Source of the DNA: Candidatus Eiseniibacteriota bacterium
Lineage (GTDB): Bacteria; Eisenbacteria; RBG-16-71-46; JABDJR01; JAWXBZ01
Assembly (NCBI GenBank): GCA_034440375.1
Contig: JAWXBZ010000121.1
Span: forward strand, 1-13,344
DNA length: 13,344 nucleotides
Direction of reading: 5' to 3'
Below are positions 1 to 8,387 of this stretch, piece after piece; within the stretch, counting starts at the first letter, position 1; each line of letters begins with the position of its first letter. The notes beneath the pieces are model-generated. The model made no database searches, was not told the origin of the DNA, and saw nothing but the letters and a program-made list of their open reading frames with translations. Position numbers and translations under genes: made by a program.

Positions 1-1
1 C

Positions 2-1867
2 CCCTATATCCGGCACAACATGGCATTCACCCGGCAGGGGTTCGCACTGACGGACGACCATGTGGACGCCAGGGACTTTCCGCCCCTGGCGAGCCTCAAT
101 CCGGCCACACTGGTGGCCGACAGCCTGACTCTCAAGAACATGCGTTTGTGGGACTGGCGGGCACTCGAATCGACCTACGATCAGAACCAGTCGTTCCGCC
201 AGTACTACGATTTCTACGATATTGACATCGATCGTTATGTCGTCGACGGATCGATCCGACAGGTCATGCTGGCGCTCCGGGAAATGAACCCCGCCGCCTT
301 CAGCGAAAAGGCGCTTACCTGGGTCAATCAGCGGCAGGTGTACACGCACGGCTACGGCGTCTGCATGAACCCGACGAACGAGTTCACCGCGGAGGGACTC
401 CCCAACTACTGGCTGCGCGATATTCCTCCGGTGGCGACGCACCCCGAGGTGGCGGTCACAAGGCCGGAGGTCTACTTCGGCGAACTGACCCGGGACCATG
501 TTTACGTCCGGACCGGACAGCAGGAGTTCGACTACCCGAAGGGGGATGAGAATGCCTATGCCCGCTACGAGGGGTCGGGGGGCATTCCGCTCGGTTCCGG
601 GCTGCGCCGCCTGGCACTGGCGATGCGCTTTGACGGTATTCGACAGCTGACTTCAGCCGACATGACAGCGGACAGCCGTCTCCTCTTCCGGCGCGAGGTG
701 CGCGAACGGGTGTCCAGGCTGGCACCGTTTCTGCAATTCGACCGGGATCCCTACGCCGTGATCGTCGATGGTCGCATGGTCATCGTGATCGATGCCTACA
801 CCACCAGTGACCACTTTCCCTATTCGGAGCGGCAGAAGGGCGGCCTCAACTACATTCGCAACTCCGTCAAGTGTGTCGTCGACTGCCATGACGGCACCGT
901 CACCGTTTACGCCGTGGACGAACGTGATCCGATTCTGGCCGCATGGCGCGCCGCATTCCCGGCACTGATACAGTCCGGTTCCTCGATGCCGGCTGGTCTC
1001 GTGGCCCATCTCCGTTATCCGGAAGATCTGCTTGGCATTCAGGCGCGCGTCTATGCCACGTACCACATGACCGATCCGCAGGTGTTCTACAACAAGGAGG
1101 ACCGCTGGGCCATCGCCACGGAATCTCTTGGCCAGGCGGAGACGCAAGAGATGCTGCCCTACTACGCCGTCATGCGGTTGCCGGGTGAAGCCAAGGAGGA
1201 ATTCGTCCAGATTCTTCCGTTCACGCCCTACACGGCCCGAGGCACCTCGCGGAACAACATGGTGGGCTGGATTGCCGGCCGCTGCGACGGCGCGCACTAC
1301 GGCAAACTCCTCGTCTATCGTTTTCCCAAGCAGAGCCTGGTTTACGGCCCGATGCAGATCGAAGCGCGAATTGACCAGGATGCGGTCATCTCCAAGGATC
1401 TGACGTTATGGAATCAGCAGGGTTCGAGCGTCATCCGGGGCAACCTGATCGTCGTGCCGCTCGAGGGCGCGCTGCTCTACACCAAGCCGATTTTTCTCCA
1501 GGCCACTCATTCGCGGATGCCGGAGTTGAAGCGGGTGGTGGTGGCCAGCCAGGAGCGGCTCGGCTACGGTTCGTCCTACGCGGAGGCGCTGTCCGATCTG
1601 ATCGAGCAACCGCTGCCGGGACCCCTTTATCATGCGGTGACCGGTCACTGGCCGACCGGCGGGCACACCGGGGCCGGGCTGGCCGATTCCACTTCGACCA
1701 CGCTGACGCCGGGAATGTCAGTTGACCCGGAGCGGATGATCGCTGCCCGGCGGCTCTATCGGCGTTACCTCGAACTCATGGGCGCTGGCCGGGCCGGCGA
1801 GGCAGGCGGCGTGTTGGAGCAACTCGGTCGTGAACTGGGCAGCGCGCCAACGGGCGGGCGCAACTAG
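2..1867 (+). CDS. UPF0182 family integral membrane protein, C-terminal soluble region (5' end lies outside the window)
   Basis: The frame is open from the window edge (PYIRHNMAFTRQGF, matching the UPF0182 'PYI..NI..TR..Y/F' motif). Other family motifs: NMRLWD, YYDFYDIDIDRY, YTHGYG, YFGE, EFDYP, DPY..IDAYTTS..FPYS, NYIRNSVK, HLRYPEDL, YHMTDP..FY..ED.W, GP.QIEARIDQD, GS.VIRGNL. Confidence 0.93.
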   Translation, partial: PYIRHNMAFTRQGFALTDDHVDARDFPPLASLNPATLVADSLTLKNMRLWDWRALESTYDQNQSFRQYYDFYDIDIDRYVVDGSIRQVMLALREMNPAAFSEKALTWVNQRQVYTHGYGVCMNPTNEFTAEGLPNYWLRDIPPVATHPEVAVTRPEVYFGELTRDHVYVRTGQQEFDYPKGDENAYARYEGSGGIPLGSGLRRLALAMRFDGIRQLTSADMTADSRLLFRREVRERVSRLAPFLQFDRDPYAVIVDGRMVIVIDAYTTSDHFPYSERQKGGLNYIRNSVKCVVDCHDGTVTVYAVDERDPILAAWRAAFPALIQSGSSMPAGLVAHLRYPEDLLGIQARVYATYHMTDPQVFYNKEDRWAIATESLGQAETQEMLPYYAVMRLPGEAKEEFVQILPFTPYTARGTSRNNMVGWIAGRCDGAHYGKLLVYRFPKQSLVYGPMQIEARIDQDAVISKDLTLWNQQGSSVIRGNLIVVPLEGALLYTKPIFLQATHSRMPELKRVVVASQERLGYGSSYAEALSDLIEQPLPGPLYHAVTGHWPTGGHTGAGLADSTSTTLTPGMSVDPERMIAARRLYRRYLELMGAGRAGEAGGVLEQLGRELGSAPTGGRN

Positions 1868-1993
1868 GCGCGTCGGCGTTCGACTCCCAGACCCATGAGG
1901 ACGCAGAATTAACCGTGGCGCGAACAGGCGGTGCCTCTTATCTTTGCACAGGATGGGCGGCCCTCTCCATTGGCGCAACGGCAGCGCCAGGCC

Positions 1994-3136
1994 CTACCCC
2001 TTGAACAGCTCGCGCGCCATGATCATGCGCTGGATCTGGCTGGTGCCCTCGTAGATCTGGAAGACCTTGGCGTCGCGCATGAGCTTTTCGACCGGGTATT
2101 CCTTGCTGAAGCCGTAGCCGCCGAAAACCGGCACGGCATCGGTCGTCACCTTCATGGCTGTGTCGGCGGCGAAACACTTGGCGAAGGCGGCTTCCATCGT
2201 GTTCTTGTGGCCGTTGTCGATCAGCCAGGCGGCGTGCCGGACGAGATGACGGGCGGCGGCCACCTCCTTGGCCATGTCGGCGATCATGAAGGCGATGGCC
2301 TGGTGCTGTGCAATCGGTTTGCCGAACGTCTTTCGCTCCTGGGCGTAACGGACTGCATGTTCCATGGCTTCACGGGCCACGCCGACGGCTCCGGCGGCCA
2401 CCGGAGGCCGCGTGTGGTCGAAGGCGCTCATGGCGATCGGCCAGCCGGCACCCTCCGGTCCGATCCGGTTGGCGACGGGTATTCGCACCTCCTGAAAGGT
2501 GACGCCCCGCGTGTCCGAGGCTCGCTGCCCCATGTTGTCTTCCTTCTTGCCGATCCCCACTCCTTCCAGGTCCGCCGGGACGACGAACCCGCTCATCCCC
2601 TGGTACCGCGCGGCCGGATCGGTGTAGGCGAGGACGAAGAACCAGGAGGCGCGGCCGGCGCCGGTGATCCACATCTTGTTGCCGGTGATGACATACTCAT
2701 CCCCATGCCGGACGGCTCGCGTCTTGATACCGGAGACATCACTCCCGGCATCGGGCTCGGTGACCGCGTACGAGGCCAGCCGAAACTCGGTCGTCATGGG
2801 CGTGAGCCACTGCTTCTTCTGTTCGTCGCTGGCGGCGTGGATCAGCGGTGCCTCGGCCAGGACGTTGGCCTCGATGGCCGTATAGATGCCGCTGCAGGCT
2901 GCCGAGAGCTCCTCGGCGATCAGGCAACCGTCCAGGCTGGTGAGGTCGAGCCCGCCAAAGGCTTCCGGAATGTGGATGTTCATGAGACCCAGTTCCCAGG
3001 CCTGCCGGCATATCTCGATCGGGAATTCACCGGACTGATCGTGTGTGCGTGCCTGTGGCGCCACGACATCGCGGGCAAACTCACGGGCCAGGTCGCGGAG
3101 CTGTTTTTGATCGTCGGAGAGGGAAAAGTCAATCAC
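1994..3136 (-). CDS. Acyl-CoA dehydrogenase, medium-chain (MCAD)-like
   Basis: Motifs YAVTEPDAGSDV, GNKMWITG, GKKEDNMGQRASDTRG, ERKTFGKPI, GGYGFSKEYPVEKLMRDAK and IYEGTSQIQR (catalytic Glu). Start moved to the GTG at 3136 (VIDFSLSDDQ), which follows an AAGAGG RBS; 380 aa. Confidence 0.95.
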   Translation of the reverse strand: MIDFSLSDDQKQLRDLAREFARDVVAPQARTHDQSGEFPIEICRQAWELGLMNIHIPEAFGGLDLTSLDGCLIAEELSAACSGIYTAIEANVLAEAPLIHAASDEQKKQWLTPMTTEFRLASYAVTEPDAGSDVSGIKTRAVRHGDEYVITGNKMWITGAGRASWFFVLAYTDPAARYQGMSGFVVPADLEGVGIGKKEDNMGQRASDTRGVTFQEVRIPVANRIGPEGAGWPIAMSAFDHTRPPVAAGAVGVAREAMEHAVRYAQERKTFGKPIAQHQAIAFMIADMAKEVAAARHLVRHAAWLIDNGHKNTMEAAFAKCFAADTAMKVTTDAVPVFGGYGFSKEYPVEKLMRDAKVFQIYEGTSQIQRMIMARELFKG

Positions 3137-3261
3137 GGTACCGTCCTCTTGGGTCCAGATCCGGGCGTTTGAAGTTGTCGGATGGCGTTGCCCCGCCGCG
3201 ACAGGTCTGGCGCGTCGGCGCTTCAGCCTCCGGGGGCCAGCCATGCCGACCACCAGTGCTC

Positions 3262-3290
3262 ATCATACATCTCGCCCGCAACACATTGAA
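3262..3290 (-). promoter_or_regulatory. Candidate sigma70 promoter for the acyl-CoA dehydrogenase
   Basis: Minus strand reads TTCAAT-N17-TATGAT in the AT-richer divergent intergenic region. Confidence 0.35.
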
Positions 3291-3327
3291 CCACAAAGCT
3301 TTGAGATTAATCGCGAGAATCATGAAT

Positions 3328-3344
3328 CAGGCATGGCCCCTGCA
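3328..3344 (+). promoter_or_regulatory. Candidate sigma54 (-24/-12) promoter
   Basis: CAGGCATGGCCCCTGCA has GG at 3330-3331, exactly 10 nt of spacer, then GC at 3342-3343 (consensus TGGCACG-N4-TTGCW). An AT-rich tract lies just upstream (about 3280-3325). Confidence 0.45.
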
Positions 3345-3426
3345 GTGTGTAGCCGTGGATCCACCGGCCGGCCCGGGGAAAGTCCCGGCGGGTCGATCGG
3401 TTATTGGAGAAAGGAGGAGTTGGGAC

Positions 3427-3876
3427 ATGTCAACAACCTCTCTGCGGGGGGTGGCCTTCGGCCTCGCCCTGGTACTGGCGACTGCATCTCTATCGCCAGC
3501 CATCGCGGAGGCGGGGAATCGACGGAACAAACACCACCGCAATAACGGAAGGAGCCACCATCGAGTCGTGGAACGGCGTGACCATCATGATCGTGATTAT
3601 GATCGTTATCGTAATCGTTCGCAGTGCAACTCGAATGTTGGGACCTTCCTCGGTGGCGTTGCCGTCGGGGCTATCATCGGCCATCACACCGATCGGTATC
3701 CACCCCCGCCGCCCCCGCCGCGTCGCGCCTGGACCTACGATTGCGACCCGTGTGGCTACCACAATCAGAGCTATGACTCATGGGTCGTGCATCTGACGGT
3801 GGTGCACGAGGTTCCCAGATGTGACATCGCGGCAAGCTACCCACCCAACTACTGTGGTCACTGGGAGGATTACTGA
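3427..3876 (+). CDS. Secreted hypothetical protein: His/Arg/Asp-rich region, glycine-zipper-like segment, poly-Pro linker, C2H2-like motif
   Basis: ATG at 3427 follows a strong AAGGAGG RBS. Signal peptide MSTTSLRGVAFGLALVLATASLSPAIAEA; FLGGVAVGAIIG; PPPPPPP; CDPC-x12-H-x4-H. 149 aa; the ORF-track start at 3043 is too far upstream. Confidence 0.75.
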   Translation: MSTTSLRGVAFGLALVLATASLSPAIAEAGNRRNKHHRNNGRSHHRVVERRDHHDRDYDRYRNRSQCNSNVGTFLGGVAVGAIIGHHTDRYPPPPPPPRRAWTYDCDPCGYHNQSYDSWVVHLTVVHEVPRCDIAASYPPNYCGHWEDY

Positions 3877-3934
3877 CGTAACGTCTGATTGATCGGTCGC
3901 GGTCGCGTCGGACGTGGGAACGGCGCGGCCGCGG

Positions 3935-3963
3935 TTGGTTTTCCCCACCGATCAGCCTATCAT
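3935..3963 (+). promoter_or_regulatory. Candidate sigma70 promoter producing a leaderless mRNA
   Basis: TTGGTT-N17-TATCAT, then 7 nt to the ATG at 3971, with no Shine-Dalgarno sequence. Confidence 0.45.
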
Positions 3964-3970
3964 TTGACAC

Positions 3971-4828
3971 ATGAGCCCCTCACTCGCTGCCCCCCTTCGC
4001 CGCCGATATTGGATTCCCTGGTGCGCGGCCCTTGCCCTCTCGATCGTTCCACTTTCATTGACGCCGGACGATTTCAAGACATCTGCCGTCGCGTCGGAGC
4101 CCTCGGCCCCCCGCATCACCGCCGGGGCCCGGCCCATCCTCGATGCTCTGTACGGTTCGATGGGGGGGCGCGGCACGTTCGACAGTCTACCCACTCTCCG
4201 TTTCACTTTTACCTATGTCAGCCGCGATACGATCCGCACGAGCCGGACCCATTGGTGGGATCGGCGGGATGGCCGATATCGGATCCAGGGAACGAATCGC
4301 GCCGGCCAACCGTTCGTTGTCCTTTTCAACGTCCAGACACAGCTCGGTGAGGCCTGGCTTGACGGGAAGCTGCTCGCCGGCGAGGAGCGTGCCGCTCTGC
4401 TGACGCGGGCGTACGGCCTCTTCATCAACGATACCTACTGGTTCCTGATGCCATTCAAGCTGGACGACGACGGGGTAAACGTGGCCCGGGATGGCGAGGT
4501 CGTTGTGAACGGCTTGCCCTGCGACCGACTCAAGGTGACGTTCGATTCAGTCGGATTGACCCCGAACGACACCTACTGGGCCTATCTCGACAGGGCCACT
4601 CACCGGATGGTTCGCTGGGGTTTCATCCTGCAGGACGAAGCTGGTCCGGCCGCCAGGGAATCACTCTGGGACTGGGTTGCCTGGCAACCGGTCGGGCCGC
4701 TGGTACTATCGTCGGATCGCGTCAAGGTCAACGACCCCGAACGCAGCATCATTCGCCTGATCAATCTGGAAGCGGGTGCTGCCTGGCCCGATTCCTTTTT
4801 CACCAATCCTGCGCCGCTTCCGTTCTGA
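3971..4828 (+). CDS. Exported hypothetical protein, probably DUF6503-like
   Basis: N-terminal signal-like segment (RRRYWIPWCAALALSIVPLSL). Motifs LYGSMGG...FDSL..LRFTF, FINDTYWFLMPFKLDDDGV and LKVTF..VGLTP.DTYWAY recall the DUF6503 family (recognised from memory). Confidence 0.7.
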   Translation: MSPSLAAPLRRRYWIPWCAALALSIVPLSLTPDDFKTSAVASEPSAPRITAGARPILDALYGSMGGRGTFDSLPTLRFTFTYVSRDTIRTSRTHWWDRRDGRYRIQGTNRAGQPFVVLFNVQTQLGEAWLDGKLLAGEERAALLTRAYGLFINDTYWFLMPFKLDDDGVNVARDGEVVVNGLPCDRLKVTFDSVGLTPNDTYWAYLDRATHRMVRWGFILQDEAGPAARESLWDWVAWQPVGPLVLSSDRVKVNDPERSIIRLINLEAGAAWPDSFFTNPAPLPF

Positions 4829-4894
4829 TCTGCCTGGCGGCGCCCGACCCGAACTGTCCTCCTCGAGTAGAGGGGAGTGAAGGAGATTTAACCG

Positions 4895-5311
4895 ATGGAA
4901 TGGAACCGCTCCGGCCCCGGCGCCGAATCCTCACCGACGGTGCCGCCGATTCACATCGACGAACTCCGCGAGATCATTCGCGACTCAATCGACGAAGCCC
5001 TCGGGCTGTCCGACATCCGGTTGTCGCCGCGCTGGCAGGCCGGCACTCTTGTCCTGAAGCCGGGCGACCCCTCACTGAAGGACAAGGAGATACCGCTCGA
5101 GGCGTTTTTTCACAAGATCGTGATGCTTCGCGACCGACTTCGAGTTCTTGAGCAGAAGGTCAACGCACACAAGGTGCTGACGGACGCCGACAAGGTGGAG
5201 ATGCAGCAGTACGTGACCAAGATTTACGGCACGCTGACATCCTTCAACATCCTCTTCCGCGACAAAGGCGACCAGTTCGTCGGTGAGCGGGGTGGCCGGG
5301 ACGACGACTAG
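4895..5311 (+). CDS. Conserved hypothetical cytoplasmic protein
   Basis: AAGGAG RBS and GC3-biased codons. The core W..GTLVLKPGD..L..KEIP.E.FFHKIVM.RDRLRV.EQ..N...QQY.T..YG.LT.FN.LF resembles a widespread uncharacterised family. The stop codon abuts the rnr start. Confidence 0.8.
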   Translation: MEWNRSGPGAESSPTVPPIHIDELREIIRDSIDEALGLSDIRLSPRWQAGTLVLKPGDPSLKDKEIPLEAFFHKIVMLRDRLRVLEQKVNAHKVLTDADKVEMQQYVTKIYGTLTSFNILFRDKGDQFVGERGGRDDD

Positions 5312-7708
5312 GTGCCGCTGCCGACCCGGGCTGAACTGATCCGCCATCTCGAAGAGCAGGCCTCACACCCGGAAAAGCCCAAGGAAATGGCCCGGGCCCT
5401 TGGTGTGAAACCACACGAGTATCACGCCTTCAAGGAGATGCTCCGGGAGCTGGAAGACTCGGGGGAAGTGTACCGAGTCCGCAAGGGGCGCTACGGCCCC
5501 CCCGACCGGCTCAACATGGTCGTTGGGATTCTCCGTGTCGTGAAGAGCGGCCACGGCTATGTGATACCGGAGGCGGGCGGCGATGAAGTTTTCATCCATG
5601 CCGGCGCGATGAACACCGCACTCCACAGCGACAAAGTGGTCGTTCGAATCGAGCGAATGCGCCGACGCTCCGGCATCGGCCGGCCCGGCACACCGGGCGG
5701 TGCCGAAGGGGCCGTGATCAAGGTCCTGGAGCGGGCTCGAAGCGAGATCGTCGGGACGGCCAACGTTGGCCGATCTCATGTCGTCGTCTCGCCGGATGAC
5801 CCGCGGATCGCCCGCGACGTGATCGTGCCTCTTGATCAATCCCTCGGCGCCAAGGACCGGCAAAAAGTTCTGGTCGAGGTCCTTTCATGGGGAACGCCGC
5901 ATTCAGGGCCGGTCGGACGCATCACCGAAGTCCTGGGCTCCCCGGGCGACCCCGGCCTCGACATCCTGACGATCATCAAGCATCACGGTCTGCCGGACCG
6001 CTTTCCGGCCGAAGTCGAGGCGGCGGCGGAAGCACTGCCCCACGCCATTTCCGAGGCGGAGATCGCCCGGCGCGAGGATTTTCGCGACCGTTTCGTCGTG
6101 ACGATCGATCCGGTCGATGCCAGGGACTTCGACGACGCGTTGTCGCTCCGGCGGATCGACGACGCAACGTGGGAGCTGGGAGTCCACATCGCCGACGTCA
6201 GCCACTACGTCAAGGCCGGCGAGGCGATCGATCTTGAAGCCTATCGCCGGGCCACGTCGGTTTACCTTGTCGACCGGGTCATACCGATGCTGCCCGAAAG
6301 ACTGTCCAACGACTTGTGCAGCCTGAAGCCGCAGATCGACCGACTGGCCATGAGCGTCGTCATGACGGTCGATGACGGGTGTCAGGTCATCAAGGCCCGC
6401 GTGGCCGACACGGTGATCCACAGCCGCCACCGGCTGACTTATCAAAAAGTGCAGTCGATTTTCGAAGGCGATGCCCTGCTGCGTCAGCAATATGCCGATG
6501 CGCTCGAGTTGCTTGATAATCTCCGCCGGCTGGCAAAGAAGCTGACCGCTCGCCGCGGACTGCGGGGGAGCCTGGATTTCGATCTGCCGGAAAGCCGGGT
6601 CATCCTGGACAAGGATGGATTTCCGATGGACATCCAGCGGGTGGCCCGGCTGGAGAGCCACCGATTGATCGAGGAGTTCATGGTGCTGGCCAACGAGGTG
6701 GTGGCCAAGGACCTCCGAAAGCGGAAAATCGCCGGTCTCTTCCGGGTCCACGAGCCGCCCGACCCGCTGCGGATCGAACAGATGCTTGAAGTCATCACAC
6801 CTCTCGGTCACCGGTTGAAGCGGAGCAAGGATGGCGAGGTCGTGCCGTCCGCCCTGCAAGAGCTGTTGAAACGGGCCGAGGGACGGCCGGAGGAGAATCT
6901 CATCAACACGCTCGTCCTGCGAAGCATGAAGAGGGCCCGTTACGACCCGAGGCCGCTCGGCCACTACGGGCTTGCCAGTACCGATTACCTTCACTTCACC
7001 TCGCCGATCCGGCGCTATCCGGACCTGGTCGTTCACCGGGCCCTGCGCGAGGCTGCCGGGGTCGAGCCGGCAACGTTCTTGCGCCGGGAAGAGTGGGAAT
7101 CGCGACTCGGCCAGGTGGCCGTGCACTGTTCCGCGCGGGAGCAGGTGGCCGAGGAAGCCGAGCGCGACTCGGTGGAGGTGAAGAAGGCCGAGTTCATGCT
7201 GAGGCACCTTGGCGAGGAGTTCACCGGCACGATCAGCGGCGTCACCTCCTTCGGGCTTTTCGTTTCGCTGACCGACTATGCGGTCGAAGGGTTGATTCAT
7301 GTCAGCAACCTGGGCGACGACTACTACATCTTCCGCGAGGATTTGTATGCGCTGGTCGGCGAATCGACCAAGCGGATGTTCCGCCTGGGCGACGGGGTCA
7401 CGGTGCAGGTGATCGCCGTGAAGAAGGAGCTCCGGCAGATCGACTTCGGCCTGGTGGCCAAGGTGGGGGAAAAGGTGCCGACCGGCCCTCGAAGCCTTTC
7501 GGCGCCACCCCGGCCCCCTCGCGCCGGCGTGAAACCTCGAACCTCGACCGCGAAGGTCGGAAAGTCGGCCGGCCGCTCCCGGGCGGCTAAGGGCGAGGCG
7601 CGAGCACGAAGTACCACCCCGACGCCAGCCAGTGGGGGAGGCGGTCCACGAGGCGGCAGTCGGCGCGGGCCAGCCATGAAATCCGGCGGCCGCCGGGGAA
7701 AAAAGTGA
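5312..7708 (+). CDS. rnr: Ribonuclease R
   Basis: N-terminal HTH-like region, cold-shock domains (GHGYVIPE...VFI), RNB catalytic motif TIDPVDARDFDDALS, SHRLIEEFMVLANE, HFTSPIRRYPDLVVHR, S1 domain (GEEFTGTISGVTSFGLFV) and a Lys/Arg-rich C-terminal tail typical of RNase R. Confidence 0.96.
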   Translation: MPLPTRAELIRHLEEQASHPEKPKEMARALGVKPHEYHAFKEMLRELEDSGEVYRVRKGRYGPPDRLNMVVGILRVVKSGHGYVIPEAGGDEVFIHAGAMNTALHSDKVVVRIERMRRRSGIGRPGTPGGAEGAVIKVLERARSEIVGTANVGRSHVVVSPDDPRIARDVIVPLDQSLGAKDRQKVLVEVLSWGTPHSGPVGRITEVLGSPGDPGLDILTIIKHHGLPDRFPAEVEAAAEALPHAISEAEIARREDFRDRFVVTIDPVDARDFDDALSLRRIDDATWELGVHIADVSHYVKAGEAIDLEAYRRATSVYLVDRVIPMLPERLSNDLCSLKPQIDRLAMSVVMTVDDGCQVIKARVADTVIHSRHRLTYQKVQSIFEGDALLRQQYADALELLDNLRRLAKKLTARRGLRGSLDFDLPESRVILDKDGFPMDIQRVARLESHRLIEEFMVLANEVVAKDLRKRKIAGLFRVHEPPDPLRIEQMLEVITPLGHRLKRSKDGEVVPSALQELLKRAEGRPEENLINTLVLRSMKRARYDPRPLGHYGLASTDYLHFTSPIRRYPDLVVHRALREAAGVEPATFLRREEWESRLGQVAVHCSAREQVAEEAERDSVEVKKAEFMLRHLGEEFTGTISGVTSFGLFVSLTDYAVEGLIHVSNLGDDYYIFREDLYALVGESTKRMFRLGDGVTVQVIAVKKELRQIDFGLVAKVGEKVPTGPRSLSAPPRPPRAGVKPRTSTAKVGKSAGRSRAAKGEARARSTTPTPASGGGGPRGGSRRGPAMKSGGRRGKK

Positions 7709-8387
7709 GCGGGCCATCGGAGTGTTGCCGGCGCCGGATGTCATAGCCGGCCCGCCGGCACATCGTTTCGAACCGTTTCAGGGTGAAGTGCTGCAGATGT
7801 GGTGATTCGAAGTTGAACGTCGAGGTCTCGGCGTCCCTTTCCTCCCGGCGGACTCCCAGCACCTTCTTCACGGGTTGGTAAATACCGGTCTTCCGCGCCA
7901 GCCATCCGGCCGCCCGCCGGGGTGACAGCGCCTGGCCGATCTCCCACGGTCCCTGCCCGTTGGGAATGGTGACCAGGACCAGCCCGCGGGATGTCAGGGC
8001 CCCGCGAAATGCGGCCAGCGCCGCCGCGGGATCGTCCACATGCTCAAGGACCTCCGAGGCAATGATGGCGTCGAAACGCCGCCCGGCCGGCAGCTCGGTC
8101 AGTCCGGCCTGTTCAAGCTGCAGGGTCGACGGCAAGTCTTGTAGTCGCATGAATTCGAGCGACGCCGCATCGATGTCGGTGGCCAGCACCCGGTGGCCCA
8201 GCCAGGCCAGCGGCCGCGAGATGTTGCCGCTTCCGCACCCCACCTCCAGGATATCGAGAGGCAAGGGGCCGATCGCCGAAAGCGCACTGATCAGAAATCG
8301 CAGCTTCTTCAGATCGACGGGGTCACGGTAGCGCGTCTGGCCAAGCCAGGCGTCCGGGGGCGGCACCCGGGGCGCCGGCGGTGTCAT
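7587..8387 (-). CDS. Class I SAM-dependent methyltransferase
   Basis: Motif I ILEVGCGSG, then VLATDID, FDAIIASEVLEHV and GLVLVTIPN. The start overlaps the thiE stop (ATGA). Confidence 0.88.
   Translation of the reverse strand: MTPPAPRVPPPDAWLGQTRYRDPVDLKKLRFLISALSAIGPLPLDILEVGCGSGNISRPLAWLGHRVLATDIDAASLEFMRLQDLPSTLQLEQAGLTELPAGRRFDAIIASEVLEHVDDPAAALAAFRGALTSRGLVLVTIPNGQGPWEIGQALSPRRAAGWLARKTGIYQPVKKVLGVRREERDAETSTFNFESPHLQHFTLKRFETMCRRAGYDIRRRQHSDGPLTFFPGGRRISWLARADCRLVDRLPHWLASGWYFVLAPRP

Noticed and set aside
1870-1905. GTTCGACTCCC resembling a tRNA T-loop or integration-site remnant
   Set aside because: No paired T-stem, acceptor stem or cloverleaf can be built, and there is no integrase or duplicated copy in the window.
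1931-3172. 413-aa plus-strand ORF
   Set aside because: Antisense shadow of the acyl-CoA dehydrogenase, a common artefact in GC-rich genes, with no protein motifs of its own.
3043-3426. Upstream extensions of the 277-aa (+) and 419-aa (-) ORFs
   Set aside because: They overlap each other and the divergent promoter region; better RBS-supported starts exist at 3427 and 3136.
3580-3620. Short imperfect repeats (gatcgt/gattat/tatcgt)
   Set aside because: They encode the low-complexity HHDRDYDRYRNR peptide; there is no repeat-spacer structure, so this is not CRISPR or an independent repeat element.
5903-7744. 613-aa minus-strand ORF
   Set aside because: Antisense shadow of rnr with no recognisable domain.
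7587-8387. Idea that the methyltransferase modifies the histone tail
   Set aside because: It is separated from the histone gene by a terminator and three thi genes, has no SET or PrmA-like features, and resembles small-molecule or glycan methyltransferases.
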